64,000 nucleotides of DNA from Felis catus (taxonomy: Eukaryota): assembly GCF_018350175.1 (NCBI RefSeq), contig NC_058383.1:7504001-7568000 (forward strand), written 5' to 3'. Within the stretch, counting starts at the first letter, position 1; every line of letters begins with the position of its first letter. The notes below the pieces were generated by a model. That model worked only from the letters and a program-made list of their open reading frames with translations, ran no database searches and was not told the origin of the DNA. The translations under genes were made by a program, and so were the position numbers. Positions 12,081 through 25,700 of this stretch are shown here, one piece after another.

Positions 12081-15000
12081 AAAAGTAAACAGAAAAATAC
12101 ACCATGCTAGCACTAATCAAAAGAAAGCAGGAGTAGCTATGCTAATTTCAAACAGAGCAGACTTCAAGACAAGGAGAGTTATCAGGGATAAAAAGGGCAT
12201 TACATAATGATAAAGAGGTCAATTCTCCAAGTACTTTAACAACAGCAGAATACATATTCTTCTCAAGTTCACATGTAGCATTCGCCAAGATTGACCACAT
12301 TCTGAGCCATAAAACAAAACTTAATATATTTAAAAGAATAGAAATCATTCAATGTCTGCTCCTGGACCATAACGGACTTTAACTAGAAATCAATAACAGA
12401 AAGATAACCAAAAAATTTCCAAATACATGGAGATTAAATAGCATACTTCTATATAACACATGGATCAAAGAAGAACTCTCAAGAGAGATTTTAAAATATT
12501 GAACTAAGTGAAATTTAAAATATGAACTAAATGAAAAGGAAAACACAATTTATCAAAATTTGTGGGATACACAGAAAGCAGTACTGAGAAGGAAATTTAG
12601 CACTGAACACATTTATTAGAAAAGAAGAAAGAGGGGTGCCTGGGTGGCGCAGTCGGTTAAGTGTCCGACTTCGGCCAGGTCACGATCTCGCGGTCCGTGA
12701 GTTCGAGCTCCGCGTCAGGCTCTGGGCTGATGGCTCGGAGCCTGGAGCCTGTTTCTGATTCTGTGTCTCCCTCTCTCTCTGCCCCTCCCCCGTTCATGCT
12801 CTGTCTCTCTCTGTCCCAAAAATAAATAAACGTTGAAAAAAAAATTTTTTTTTAAAAAGAAAAGAAGATCTAAAATCAACAGTCTAAGTTTTAACCTTCA
12901 GAAACTAGAAAAAGGAGAACAAGTTAAATCCAAAGTGAGCAAAAGAAAATAAATAATAAGAACTGGAGTAGAAATTGATTAAATTAATAACAGGAAATTA
13001 GTAGAGAAGATGAATGAAACAAAAACCTGGTTCTCTGAAAAGATCAATAAAATTGGTAAGCCTCCAGCCAAGCTAACTAAGAAAAAGAGAGGAAACAAAT
13101 GACTAAAATCAGAAAATAAAAAGGAAGTCATCACCACAGAGTCCAAGGACATTAAAAGGATAATAAAGGAATACTATGAATAATTCTTTTCTTTTTTTAT
13201 TAAAAAATTCTTTTAATGTTTATTTATTTTTGAGAGAGACAGAGACAGAGCACAAGCAGGGAAGGGGAAGAGAGACAGAGAATGTGTAGCAGGCTTCAGG
13301 GCCTGAGCTGTCAGCACAGAGCCCAATGCAGGGCTCAAACTCATGAACCACGAGATCATGACCTGAGCCAAGTTGGACACTTAACCAACTAAGCTACCCA
13401 GGCGCTACTGAATAATTGTTTTCAAACAAATTTGATAACCAAGAAGAAATGGACCAATTCCTTAAAAGACAATCTGCCTAAACTCACACAAGAAGAAACA
13501 ATCTGAATAGGGTCTGTATCTATTAACAAAATTGAATCAGTAATTAGTAGTTATCCTTCTAAGACAGAAAGCACCATGCCCATGGGTTCACTGGTAAATT
13601 CTACCAAACATTTAGGGAAGAAATTCTGCCAATTCTCTATAATCTCTTTCAGAGAAAAGGAGCAGAGAGAATACTTCCTAACTCATTCTATGAGGCCACC
13701 ATTACCTGAACATCAAAACAAAGACATTATGAGAAAAAAAAACTACAGAGCAATATCTCTTATGAAAAGAGATGCAAAAATACTCCATAGTGATGGCCAA
13801 AAATATTAGTAAATTGAATCCAACAATGTATAAACAATTATACACCATGAACAAGTGGAATTTATTCAAGGTATGAAAGACTGGTTTAACATTTGAAAAT
13901 CAATTAATGTAATCCATCATATCAACAGGCTAAAAAAGAAAAATCACATAATCATATCAATAGATACAGAAAAAGCATTTGACAAAATCCAACACCCATG
14001 CATGGTAAAAACTCTCAGTAAACTAGGAAAAGAGAGTAACTTCCTCAAATTGATAAAGAACATCTACCAAAAACCTACAACTAACATTATACTTAATGCT
14101 GAGAAACTAGAAACTTTCCCACAAAGATCAGGAAGAAGGCAAGGATGTCCCTTCTCATCACACCTTTTCAACATCATATTGGAAGTTCTACCTAAAGCAG
14201 TAAGACAAAAAGAAATAAAAGGTATAGATACTGGGAAGGAATAAATACAGTTGACCCTTAAACAATGCAGGGGTTAGGAGTGCTGACCCTTTGCACAGTG
14301 GAAAATCTGTGTATAACTTTGGACTCCCCCAAAATTTAAGCACTAGTAGCCTACTTTTGACTAGAAGCCTTACCAGTAACAGATAATTCACATGTATTTT
14401 GTCCATTATATATATTATATACTATATTCTTAAAGTTTAAAAAAAAGAAAATATTAAAACCATAAGGAAGAGAAAATACATTTATGGTACTCCAGTGTAT
14501 TTACTGAAAAAAATCCACACATAAGTGGACCTCCATAGTTCAAACCTGTGCTATTCAAGGGTCAACTGTAAAACTGTCTTTGTTTGCCGATAACATAATT
14601 GTCAATACAGAAAATCCAAGAGAATTGACAGAAACTCCACAGCTATTAAGTGTTTATAGCAAGGTTGCAGGACAGGTTAATATACAAAAGTTAATCACTT
14701 TCTTATATACCAACAATGGACACGTGGAATTTGATATTTAAAAACACAATACCATTTTTATTAGCACCGAAAAAATTAAATACTTACATATAAATTCAAC
14801 AAAATGTGTACAAGATCTATACGAGTAAAACTACAAAACTCTGATGAATAAAATCAAAGAACTAAATAAACAGATATTCCACATCTGTGGATAGGAAGAC
14901 TCAATATTGTTTAGTGTTCATTTTTCCCAGCTTAATCTAATAGGATCAATGCAATTCCAAACAAAATCCAAGCAAGCTGTTTTGTAGATATCAACAAACT

Positions 15001-16722
15001 GATTCTACAGTTATGTAGAAAGGCAAAAGACCCAGAATAGCCAACAAAGCTGGAGGACTGACCCTAGGCAACTTCAAGACTTACTATAAAGCTATAGTAA
15101 TCAGGACTGTGGAATTGGCAAAAGAACAAATAGGTCAATGGGACAGAATAGAGAGCCCCAAAATAAACCCACATAAAAACAGTCAGCTTGGGCGCCTGGG
15201 TGGCTCAGTTGGTTGAGTGACCGACTTCGGCTCAGGTCATGATCTCATGGTCTGTAAGTTTGAGTCCCGTGTCAGGCTCTGTGCTGACAGCTCAGAGCCT
15301 GGAGCCTGCTTCAGATTCTGTGTCTCCCTCTCTCTCTGCCCCTCCGCTGCTTGCTCTGTCTCTCTCTCTCTCTCTCTCTCTCAAAGAATAAATAAACATT
15401 AAAAAATTAAAAAATAGGGGCGCCTGGGTGGTGCAGTCGGTTAAGCATCCGACTTCAGCCAGGTCACGATCTCGCGGTCCGTGGGTTCGAGCCCCGCGTC
15501 GGGCTCTGGGCTGATAGCTCAGAGCCTGGAGCCTGCTTCCGATTCTGTGTCTCCCTCTCTGCCCCTCCCCCATTCATGCTCTGTCTCTCTCTGTCCCAAG
15601 AATAAATAAACGTTGGAAAAAAAAATTTTAAAAAATAAAAAAATAAAAATAAATTAAAAAAACAGTCAGCTGATCTTTGACAAAAGAGCAAAGGCAATGA
15701 GTCTTTTCAACAAATATGGTGGAACAACTAGACATCCACACACAAAAAAGTGAATCTAGATATAAACCTTACACCTTTCACAAAAATTAACTCAAAATGT
15801 AGTATAGATCTAAGTGTAAAATGTAAAACTATAAAACTCCTAGAAGATAACATAGAAAATCTAGATGACCTTGGGTATGACAATGACTTTTTTTTTTTAA
15901 CGTTTATTCATTTTTAAGAGAGACAACATGCAAGGGGCAGAAAAAGAGGGAGACAGAGAATCTGAAGCAGGCTCCGTGCTATCAGCACAAAGCTCAACAT
16001 GGGCTCAAACCCACAAACCGTGAGATTATGACCTGAGCCAAAGTCAGATGCTCAATCGACCAAGCCACCCAGGCACCCTGACAATGACTTTTTATATATA
16101 ACACTAAAGGCATGATCCATGAAATAAATAATTAATCGGCTCGTTGGTAGAAGATACACCTGATAAAGGACTGTTATCTAAAATATACAAAGAACTCCTA
16201 AAACTAAAAAAAAAAAAATAAACAACCCAATTTAAAAAATGGACCAAACACTTTAATGGACAACTCACCAAAAAAAATATACAGATGGCTAGTAAGAATA
16301 TGAAAAGATGCTCCAGATCATATGTCATCAGGGAAACGTAAATTAAAACATCAATGAATACCAGTACACACCTATTAGAATGGCTAAAATCTGGAACACT
16401 GACAATACCAAATACTAGCAAGGATGTGGAACAACAGGAAATCTCATTCAATGCTGGTGGGAATGCAAAATGGTATAGCCACTTTGGAAGACAGTTTGGT
16501 GTTTTCTTACAAAAGTAAACATATTCTTACCATACAATCCAGTAATCAAGCTCCTTGCTATTTACTCAAAGGAGTTGAAAACTTGTTCTCACAAAAACCT
16601 GTAAGCAGCTGTTCATAGCAGCTTTATTCATAATTGTCCAAATTTGGAAGCAACCAAGATATCCTTCAGTAAGTGAATGGATAAATAAATGTGATACATC
16701 CAGAAAATGGAAAAATTCAGCA

Positions 16723-16756
<34 letters not shown>

Positions 16757-19700
16757 TGTATATGTAAATAGGTATATATATTATGTATATATACACACAC
16801 AACTAGCTATCAAGCCATGAAATACATGAAGGAAACTTAAATGCATATTTCTCAGAAGCCAGTCTGAAAAGGGTACATACTACATAATTCCAACTATATG
16901 ATGTTCTGGAGTGGGCAAAACTATGGAGACAATAAAAAGACCAGTGGTTGTCAGGGGTTGCGGGGTGAGGGATAAATAAGTAGAGCACACAGGATTTTTA
17001 GAGCAGTGAAAATACTCTGTATGATACTATAATGATGTATATGTATCATTATATATTTGTCCAAACTCAGACTATAACACCACCAGAGTAAACCCTAATG
17101 TAAACTATGGACTTTGGTTGATTACAATGTGCCAATGTCAGTTCATCAATTGGAAACAAATGCATGACTCTGGTGGGTGTTGATAATGGGAAAGGCTATG
17201 CATGTATGGAGACAGGGTATGGAAACTCTGTACTTTCCTCTCAATTTTACTGTGAACCTAAAACCACTCTTTAAAAAGTCTTTAAATATTTTTAAAAAAT
17301 CTATATTTCATATGCTTGAAAATACCCAAAGGAAACAAGTGAATGAATATCTTAAGTGTGTACACAAGGAAGAAGAGAGTGTAAACAGAGGCACCCTGCT
17401 ATTCTCTGAAATTGCTCTAGTAAGAACCAAAAACTACATTAGGAACTGGGATGATAATCAAGAAATAAATTCCTAGAAATGTGAGACATTAGAGAGAATA
17501 ACTGAGGAAAAAAGAGGGTCTCCTTCCCTGAAGACCCCTAGAAGATAAGACCAGCTAGTCAGGTCCACCCTGAGGCAGGAATAGGATGGTTCCAGAGTAA
17601 ATATAAATCCATGCTAACCAGACGTCCTACAGGAATCTCCTAAAAGGAATCCCCAAGATCACTCTTACTTTTTCCTCTTCTTCCTCCTCCTCCTCCACCT
17701 CCTCCAACACGGCCTCTTCCCCTTCTTTCTCCAAGCGGGAATCTGGGCTGTTAGCCCCAGTAAGCGTTATGTCTAGAACAGGAATAGGAAAGAAAGGCTA
17801 AAGAATTTATCCAATAAATTAGGTGATGAGTTAATTGAGCTGATCCCAGAGAAGCAGTCTTCTAACTCTGCCTCTCATGTCCCAGTGGCATTTCTTCCAC
17901 AAAACACGGCCCTAGGTTATCATGGTTCCCACCTTTTCAAACACCCACCACTCTTTAACATGTGCCCTCCCTCCCCATCCTCTTTTTCTCTCCATTCTTC
18001 TCTTCACCCATCCATTTATCCATCCATCCCTCCCTCCCAGATACTTGGGTCAATGGCATTCATGGAGAGCCTCCTATTAGAATCCAGAACTAGATGGATG
18101 ATATCGGATATAAAATGAAGTTTCAGTTCTGCCTTCATGAAGGACCATCTCCCTCTCTACATCCTCTCCCCACCTCCCTCACTAATCCTTATCCTCTTAC
18201 TGATCCTACCTTTTCCTTCCCGACTATTGTCAGATCCATTGTATCGGCTCCGGAAACCAAATAAGTTAACCCGTTCCTGAGGGAACCAAGAAACAAAAGC
18301 ATCATCCACTATTCTCCCAAGGATGACTTTTCCCCTCTGTCTTCAAGACTTTAGTTATGGGGGTGCCTGGGTGACTCAGTTGGTTAAGCATCTGACTCTT
18401 GACTTTGGCAAGATCTCACAGTTTGTGGGCTTGAGCCCCATGTCCGGCTCCGTGCTGACAGCACACAGCACGGAGCCTGCTTAGAATTCTTTCTCTTTTC
18501 CTCTATCTCTGCCCCTCTCCTGCTTGAGCTCTCTTTCTCTCAAAATAAATAAATAAACGCTAAAAAAAAAAAAATACTTTAGTTACATACTTTATATTCA
18601 TATTCCATACCATTTTCACTTAAAATTTCATATTCTGTTTATCTAAATTTTTACGAAGATTAACTATAATACATTATAACATTATTTTTATATTATATAT
18701 TTACATTATGTTATATAATTATATGCTGCAATATATTCTTATAATAATCTCTTTTTCCAGTTTACTTATAATTGTCATTCTCCACTGCACACCCAAAGGC
18801 AGAATTTGAGGGTAAACACTGCATAAAAGAGAGGTTAAGACTCATACATCTGAGATCTAAAGTTAAATACGGAGGTAGGATGCCCCCTACTACAAACTGT
18901 CTCTATGTAGGATGAGAGAAGATCCCATTTGCCCAAGGGTAGGAAAAAGAATAAATGATTTAAGGAGCTAAAGTAATCTGTCCTGGAAAGAAAAGACTAG
19001 TTCTAAGACTAAGACTGGATGATGGGGAAGGACAAGCCACTTTTCTTTAGTAGACAGTATATGGTTTGCTTTGTGTCCCAGGTCCCAAAGAGGGGCAGGT
19101 ATGTAGTCTGAACACTCTCCCACCTGAATACTGATCTGTTCTGCCTCCTGAGCCATCGTCAGGGCCACTCCCAGTTTCTGACTGCAATCCTTGTTCCTGC
19201 ACCTTTTCTGAAATAGAAGAAGATTAGAGTCAATGATAAATAGTAGAGAAATAATTCCAACAGACTGCTACTCACCAGACATGATCTTTTCTGGCTCCTG
19301 ATATTGACATGATACTCCTATTCTTAATCTTTTGAGCTTAGAGACATAATCTCCCTTTATCACCCAACACACTTTTCACCAATTCCTAGCAATATTGTCA
19401 ACCAACATTTTGGTGGCCTCTCCAAAGTAAATCTCATGGAAATGTGAAAAGGCAAGATTAAAGGAACTCAGGTAATTCCACTTTTGAGCTTCTCACATGT
19501 TTCTTCAGATCCAGCTGCTTGATTTAATACTCACTGCCTGATTTTCAAAAGCCCCAGAGCTGGTAGGCCTCTTCTCATTTCTTTTCTTTTTTTTTTTTTT
19601 TTAAGTTTATTTATTGAGAGAGAGAGAGCACAGAGGAGGGGCAGAAAGAGAGGGAGAGAGAAAATCCCAAACAGGCTCCATGCTCACAGCACAGAGCCCA

Positions 19701-22700
19701 AGTGGGGGCTCAAACCCATGAACCATGAGATCATGACCTGAGCCAAAATCAAGAGTCAGATGCTCAACTGACTGAGACACCCAGGCAACCGTCTGCTCAT
19801 TTTTAAGGCTGACTGAATCCAAAGTGATTACAGGGAAGAAATATTTTTAGTTAATATTTTTAGTTTCTCAACCAGGAGAGGTTTTGCCTCCCAGAAGATA
19901 CTTAGCAATGTCTAGAGACAATGTTTTTGGTTGTCACGACTGAGTCCAAGGGCAGTAGCACCCCTTGGCTAGACACCAGTAAAGACCAGAGATGCTCAGG
20001 GGCGCCTGGGTGGCGCAGTCGGTTAAGCGTCCGACTTCAGCCAGGTCACAATCTCGCGGTCCGTGAGTTCGAGCCCCGCGTCGGGCTCTGGGCTGATGGC
20101 TCAGAGCCTGGAGCCTGTTTCCGATTCTGTGTCTCCCTCTCTCTCTGCCCCTCCCCCGTTCATGCTCTGTCTCTCTCTGTCCCAAAAATAAATAAACGTT
20201 GAAAAAAAATTAAAAAAAAAAAAAAAAAAGACCAGAGATGCTGTTAAACATCCTAAAATACATAGGACAGACTTCCACAACAAAGAATTATCTGTCCCAA
20301 AATGTCAATAGTACCAAGACTGAGAAATCTGAGTTAACCTGTCCTCATTTCTGCCACACCTGCCTTGGCTAAACTGTAGAAAACCACAGTCTTCAGGAAG
20401 GCCCCCCGCCTGCAGGCAAGGAAGGAGACTATGAAAAATCATTATCCTGCTGCAAACCTGATAGAAAGAAGAGTCCCTCATGAATAACCTCACCCTTGCA
20501 CACTTGGTCAGACATGGTACTTTCTCCCAACACAGCTTCTCCTGGAACAAAATCAGGTTTAATAAAGGGCAGATTTAGTTTTCAAGTTACCTGTATCACA
20601 ACTGACCCCCAAGGGCTGCTTACCACTCCAGCTAGCTCCAGGGACAGCTCCTGGAAGTTCTTCAGCATGTTAACTGGGATCCAAGCACGAGAAACTGTCT
20701 CTCCAAAAAATGTCACATGGTACTTAGACTGAAATAGAAAAATGGTTCTCATATGGCCCCTAGTCCTTCTCTTTGCTTTGGCCCTCCAACCCGAAAAGGT
20801 GGAGGAAGAACTGAGGATTCACAAGGAAAGAGGTGTTGGGCTTCATCTGATGCCATAAACCTGACCCACCCACCTCAGACTGCTGTTCTTCCATCCTGAC
20901 ATCAAGAATCCCAACCAAAGCATATTTATCACAATCATAAATGTCCTGGTAATGACTAAATATTTCATTAGATACAAGTTTGTATTCTATATGTGGGTAC
21001 TTGTTTCTGTGTTTGTCACTCTAGCTAAGTGTCGGTTTCTACTCATGTCTTCTGGCTATGTCTATGTTTCTAACTCTGCACATCTATTAGGATGGATTTG
21101 TTCATTATTTTGGCCCGAGCACCTATATACCCTAAGCCAGGAAAACTCACCGGCAGGGAATCAAGATGAGAAGCAAAAAGAAAATATTCCCCCAGGTCAG
21201 GATCAGATTCTACCATGCCTGGCCACCTGGAGAAGACAGATGGGTATAGGGAACAGAAGAGGAAGGGTTTACCTGGTTTAGAGGAACAGAACACAAATTC
21301 ACCAATACACATGTACATAAAAGAGCAACATGTTTTGCAAACACAGGATCTTAAAAATAGACCTCCACCCTTGGTGATCTCCCCCAGTAGTCACTACCAA
21401 ATGACTAAAGTGACTTCTATCAGTATACAAAGAAGCTCAGAATCTTCCAAGTAAGAGTATATATATATTTTTTCCAGTAGGCTCCATGCTTAGCATGGAC
21501 CCCAATGTGGGGTATGAACTCAAGACCCTGAGATCAAGAGTCAAATGCTTGACCAACTGAGCCACCCAGGCGGCCTCTAGTAAGAGTACCTTAACCTAGG
21601 CTTTCCATCAACCCTGAGAAAAACATCTTCTGACTAGGACATCTCCAAAGAAGAAACTATCCCACCCTTCTTTGTCCTCTCTACTTTATATATCTCTCAT
21701 ATCTCAATGTTTTAAAAATGCCATAAAGCCACCTTCCTTTTTCTTGCCCACCCAGAGTAGAATTGTCAGATGCTTTTTTCCAGGGAGATACCACCTCCAC
21801 TGTGAAACCTTTAGAAAACACGTTCTTTCAAAGCCTCCCAGCTTGGTACTTTATCTTTTCCCTCATCCCATGTTCTTTCTAAGGCAGGTACCATGTCCAT
21901 TATAAATGCTTTCTATTTCTTTCCCTCTTTGCTTGAATCTACCACTCCCAAGTTCATGAAGGATGTTCTATGCCATGGTGCCCTACCAAGGATAACCATA
22001 TTGCTTGGCCCAGATGATAGATCCTGGAATGTAGGAGGCATAGGCCACATCACTCTCATGCCCTATCCAGGACTCCTCAGGGATGTCACAGCGATTATAC
22101 TTCAAGTCTGCCAAAAAAGAGAAGGAATGAAGGGAAGGAAAGAACCTCATCAGGTAAAAATCTAGACAAGGGCAGGAGAGAGGACAAGAGTATGCACCAG
22201 GTGGGACCAAAAGGGCACTGGGAGACAGGTATGGACAAAGAACAAAGACCCATGGAGGAAATGCAGCTACAGCTAGAATAAGAGTGCTGCCTCTATGTAC
22301 GTTACAGAAAGAGATTCCAAACTTCTGCCTGACCCACATTATTTGACCCTGCTTCCATCTACATAACATCATGACAGCAATTTCTCTGAGACTCTGTTAC
22401 CTCATCCTTAAAATAACTGGGCTGGGTTAGATCATCATACTCTTCCAAGTGGTTTCAAACATTTTAGAATTCTAAACCACTGGCTGTCTCTCTCACCCAC
22501 TTTTCCCCATGGATCCCATATCCCTTCTTATCCACCAACCCAACACCAATAACCTAATCAGGACCAGCAGGGTCAGACTAATGCTGAAGAAGATGGAATC
22601 CACTTAGAATGTACGTTTAGATTCCAGGCCCTTCCCACAATATAACTCTTCAGGGTGTCTTCTTCTAGCCCATTATGTCAGATTCATCTTGATATGACAA

Positions 22701-25700
22701 GGAAGATCCCTTCCTCTCTCCCAAACACTACAAGGACCCCTGGGATTATAACTACATCTATGACATATTTAATCTAAGGGATACATACAGAGAAAGAAAG
22801 GAAAGAACAATAAAAACAAACAAACAAAAAACTCTCCAGTCCATTCTACCTGTATTCTGATCACAGGACCAATTATCTGGAAGCACTGAGGGGTCAATGT
22901 TCCCACAAAGCCGCCTCCACTTCTCACAGTTTGGGGAGGAACACTGGACCCAGACGAGACACTGACCTGCAACAGAAAAAAAAAAAAGTGAGACAAAAAT
23001 ATGCTCTTCCTTCTTCAGTCCAACTAAAATCAATATACCTTCACTAAAATCATAGAGCCTTAGGGGTCAAATAGTCTAATCCTAGATTTATAAGTGGGAA
23101 AACTAAGCTCAGAGAAGATAATTGACTTGCTGAAGGTCAATCTAACTCAGTGGCAGAGCTGAACTTGGATCCCAGGTCTCACATCTCAATCTTTCTCCTA
23201 TACCATACTATCATCTCTCCTTCCCCCCAGGAGAAAAAGCAAGTGTTTCCCATATTGACAGTTCTTTTTTTTAATGTTTGTTTGTTTGCTTGCTTGTTTG
23301 TTTTTTTATTGAGAGAGAGTGAGCAGGGGAGGGGCAGAGAGAGAGGGAGACAGAGAATTCTAAGCAGACTTTGTGCTGCCAGCATAGAGTCCGATGCAAG
23401 GCTCAAACCCACAAACCATGAGATCATGACCTGAGCCGAAACCAAGAATTGGATACTTAACTGTGCCACCCTGGCACCCCAATGTATTAACAGTTCTTGA
23501 AAAGGTTGGCTGGCATCTTTCTGGCTCGTGCCTCGTTCTCCACTGGCCTGTCACTACTGGAAAGTTCTTTTGAAGGGCTAACCAGCATCTTTCGTGTACA
23601 ACATCCAGAGTTACTATCTGAATCTCAACTGATTTACCTGTCACCAAATCACTGCAGTGAATGGTAGCAGTCTTTGGAACCAACAGTCCTGAGATTACCC
23701 TCCTCCAAAAGACAGAGATAAGTCTATCAACTCAATCAACTATTTACTTCAGGCCTTGATCAAAGGCCTAGCATTCCTTTTATCTATTACCTTCCAAACC
23801 ATTATCCCCACCAACATCTTCTAAGTTGACCCAATTTTCCTCACAGCCTCTCCTCTCTCCATCCCAAACCTTTCCACTATGTTCTTTGGAATTCTATACA
23901 AGAGCAACAAAAAGTCCACATATCTTCAACTTTTCTGAACATCCACCTCCTTTTTGAAACCTGGTGATGCACCGATGACACTGCCCCTGCCCAACTCCAC
24001 CCCACCCACAGCTCTCTAAGTGGAGTCTGTTCCCTCTCACACACCCCAGGCCAGAGAGTGGGGTCAACATCATCCTTACTCCTCATCACCACTTCCAGAC
24101 CTTTACTATCCTTCCCATAAAAACCCTCCCTCCCTTGAGATCTATGCCATGGGACTATGCCACCCTCTCATCTCCCTTGGAAAGATGCTGGCATCTGGTT
24201 CAGCCTTCTCCTCCTCCTTCCACCTCCTGCCCTCATTCCAGACAGCCACTGTTTTCATAGGAGTAACTCAAAAAGCACCCCATTCTCTGAGTTCCTTGAC
24301 CTTTTCCTCTATGCCACCTCAGTAACGCACTCCACTTCAGTGGTGCACTCCCCCTCCTGCATGCCCCATCCACTCATCCTTAGGAACCATACACTCCCCT
24401 GAAGCACTGATCCAAACATTCCTCTCTGATGAAAATGCATGGTCTCCCATCTCACTTGCTCAAAGACCCTTATAGCAACTTTCACTTTACCCAGGTCACC
24501 AATCTACTGGCCTCTAACTTCCTGCCAATCTAGTGGCAACCTCCTTTCTTCACTCTGTTCTTACTCAGGTTTGACTCCTTAGATTCTAGAGCAGACATCT
24601 TCAACTCTCTTGCCCTCCACTTTTCCTCCCACTCAGCTGGGCAAACACAACCCAGAATGAACACATGCTACCTTTTCTGTGCCTACATTCATAGAAACTG
24701 AGCATTGCTAAAGAAGCAGAGCATAACCATGCACATAGGTATACACCCTAGGATCATAATTAACAACACCAACCAACATGTTTCTCCACGTAAGTTCACT
24801 CTCCCGCTGTCAAGTTTTACCTTAAATGCCTGAACATAAGGGATGCCCTCCATTCCACTGAAATCATCCTTCAGAGAAACAGCTGACTTACATTTGGGTC
24901 CTTTCAAAGTATCTCATATTTAAGGTTTTGAATTACTTTATTTTGAAAAAAAAAGTACCGGTTGAGAGTGATACATTAGTCTGAAAAGACAGCTGCCCAG
25001 CCCGGGATGCATACATGCGTGCAGCACCACAGCTGCCACTGGGGGCCACGGAGACCCGCACCTCCCAGGCTGCTCATAGGCGAGGCCTGCAGCAACCGGC
25101 AGCCAACTGTGTCACTCCAGGCCTGCCTTCTTCCACGCTGCTGCCCCAACCCGAGATGGCAAGAACATCCAGCCCAAACAAATCTGTACCTTCTGCCTCA
25201 GCAACCAGAGAAAGTTGATCAAGGACCAAGACAGAAATACTATGATTCAGAGTTGGAAGCTAATGCGCTGGGCTACCCAAGAGAGCCCCCACGGACCTGA
25301 CTCATGCACAGGCCTCCTGTGAGGGCGGCCACCAAGCCACCCACCAGCCCTGCCTCTGGACCAATGGACAGACAAGTGGCAGCAGGACTCTCACTGGCCA
25401 AACTGGCCCAGGTCCACTGGAAGCTTCTGTACTGGCTTCCTACCTGGTTTTCTTCTGGTCACTACATGCTGGCATCTTGTATCTTTGATATGATAAATAT
25501 AAGTCTGGAAACTTTGTATACTAAAAGCAAAACAACACTGTCCAAAACAAAACAAAACAAAAAACAGCTCCCAGTAACTGTTTTTGATGTTTATAGAGGT
25601 GATCTACCAAGACTAGAAAAAAAGAGTGGGAAAAGGGGCCAGAGACCATAAAAGTAAACACAGATCAATAAAATAAATGGTTGGTTGTGAAAAGAATGAA

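Larger units (their letters stand above)
10575..17280 (+). mobile_element. Old degraded L1 (L1M-type; ORF1, endonuclease, RT and 3'UTR remnants), antisense in a ZCWPW1 intron, with many nested insertions
   Basis: RT-like remnants ([35 protein letters not shown]), ORF1-like RISALED, L1 3'UTR; many stops and frameshifts. Confidence 0.9.
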
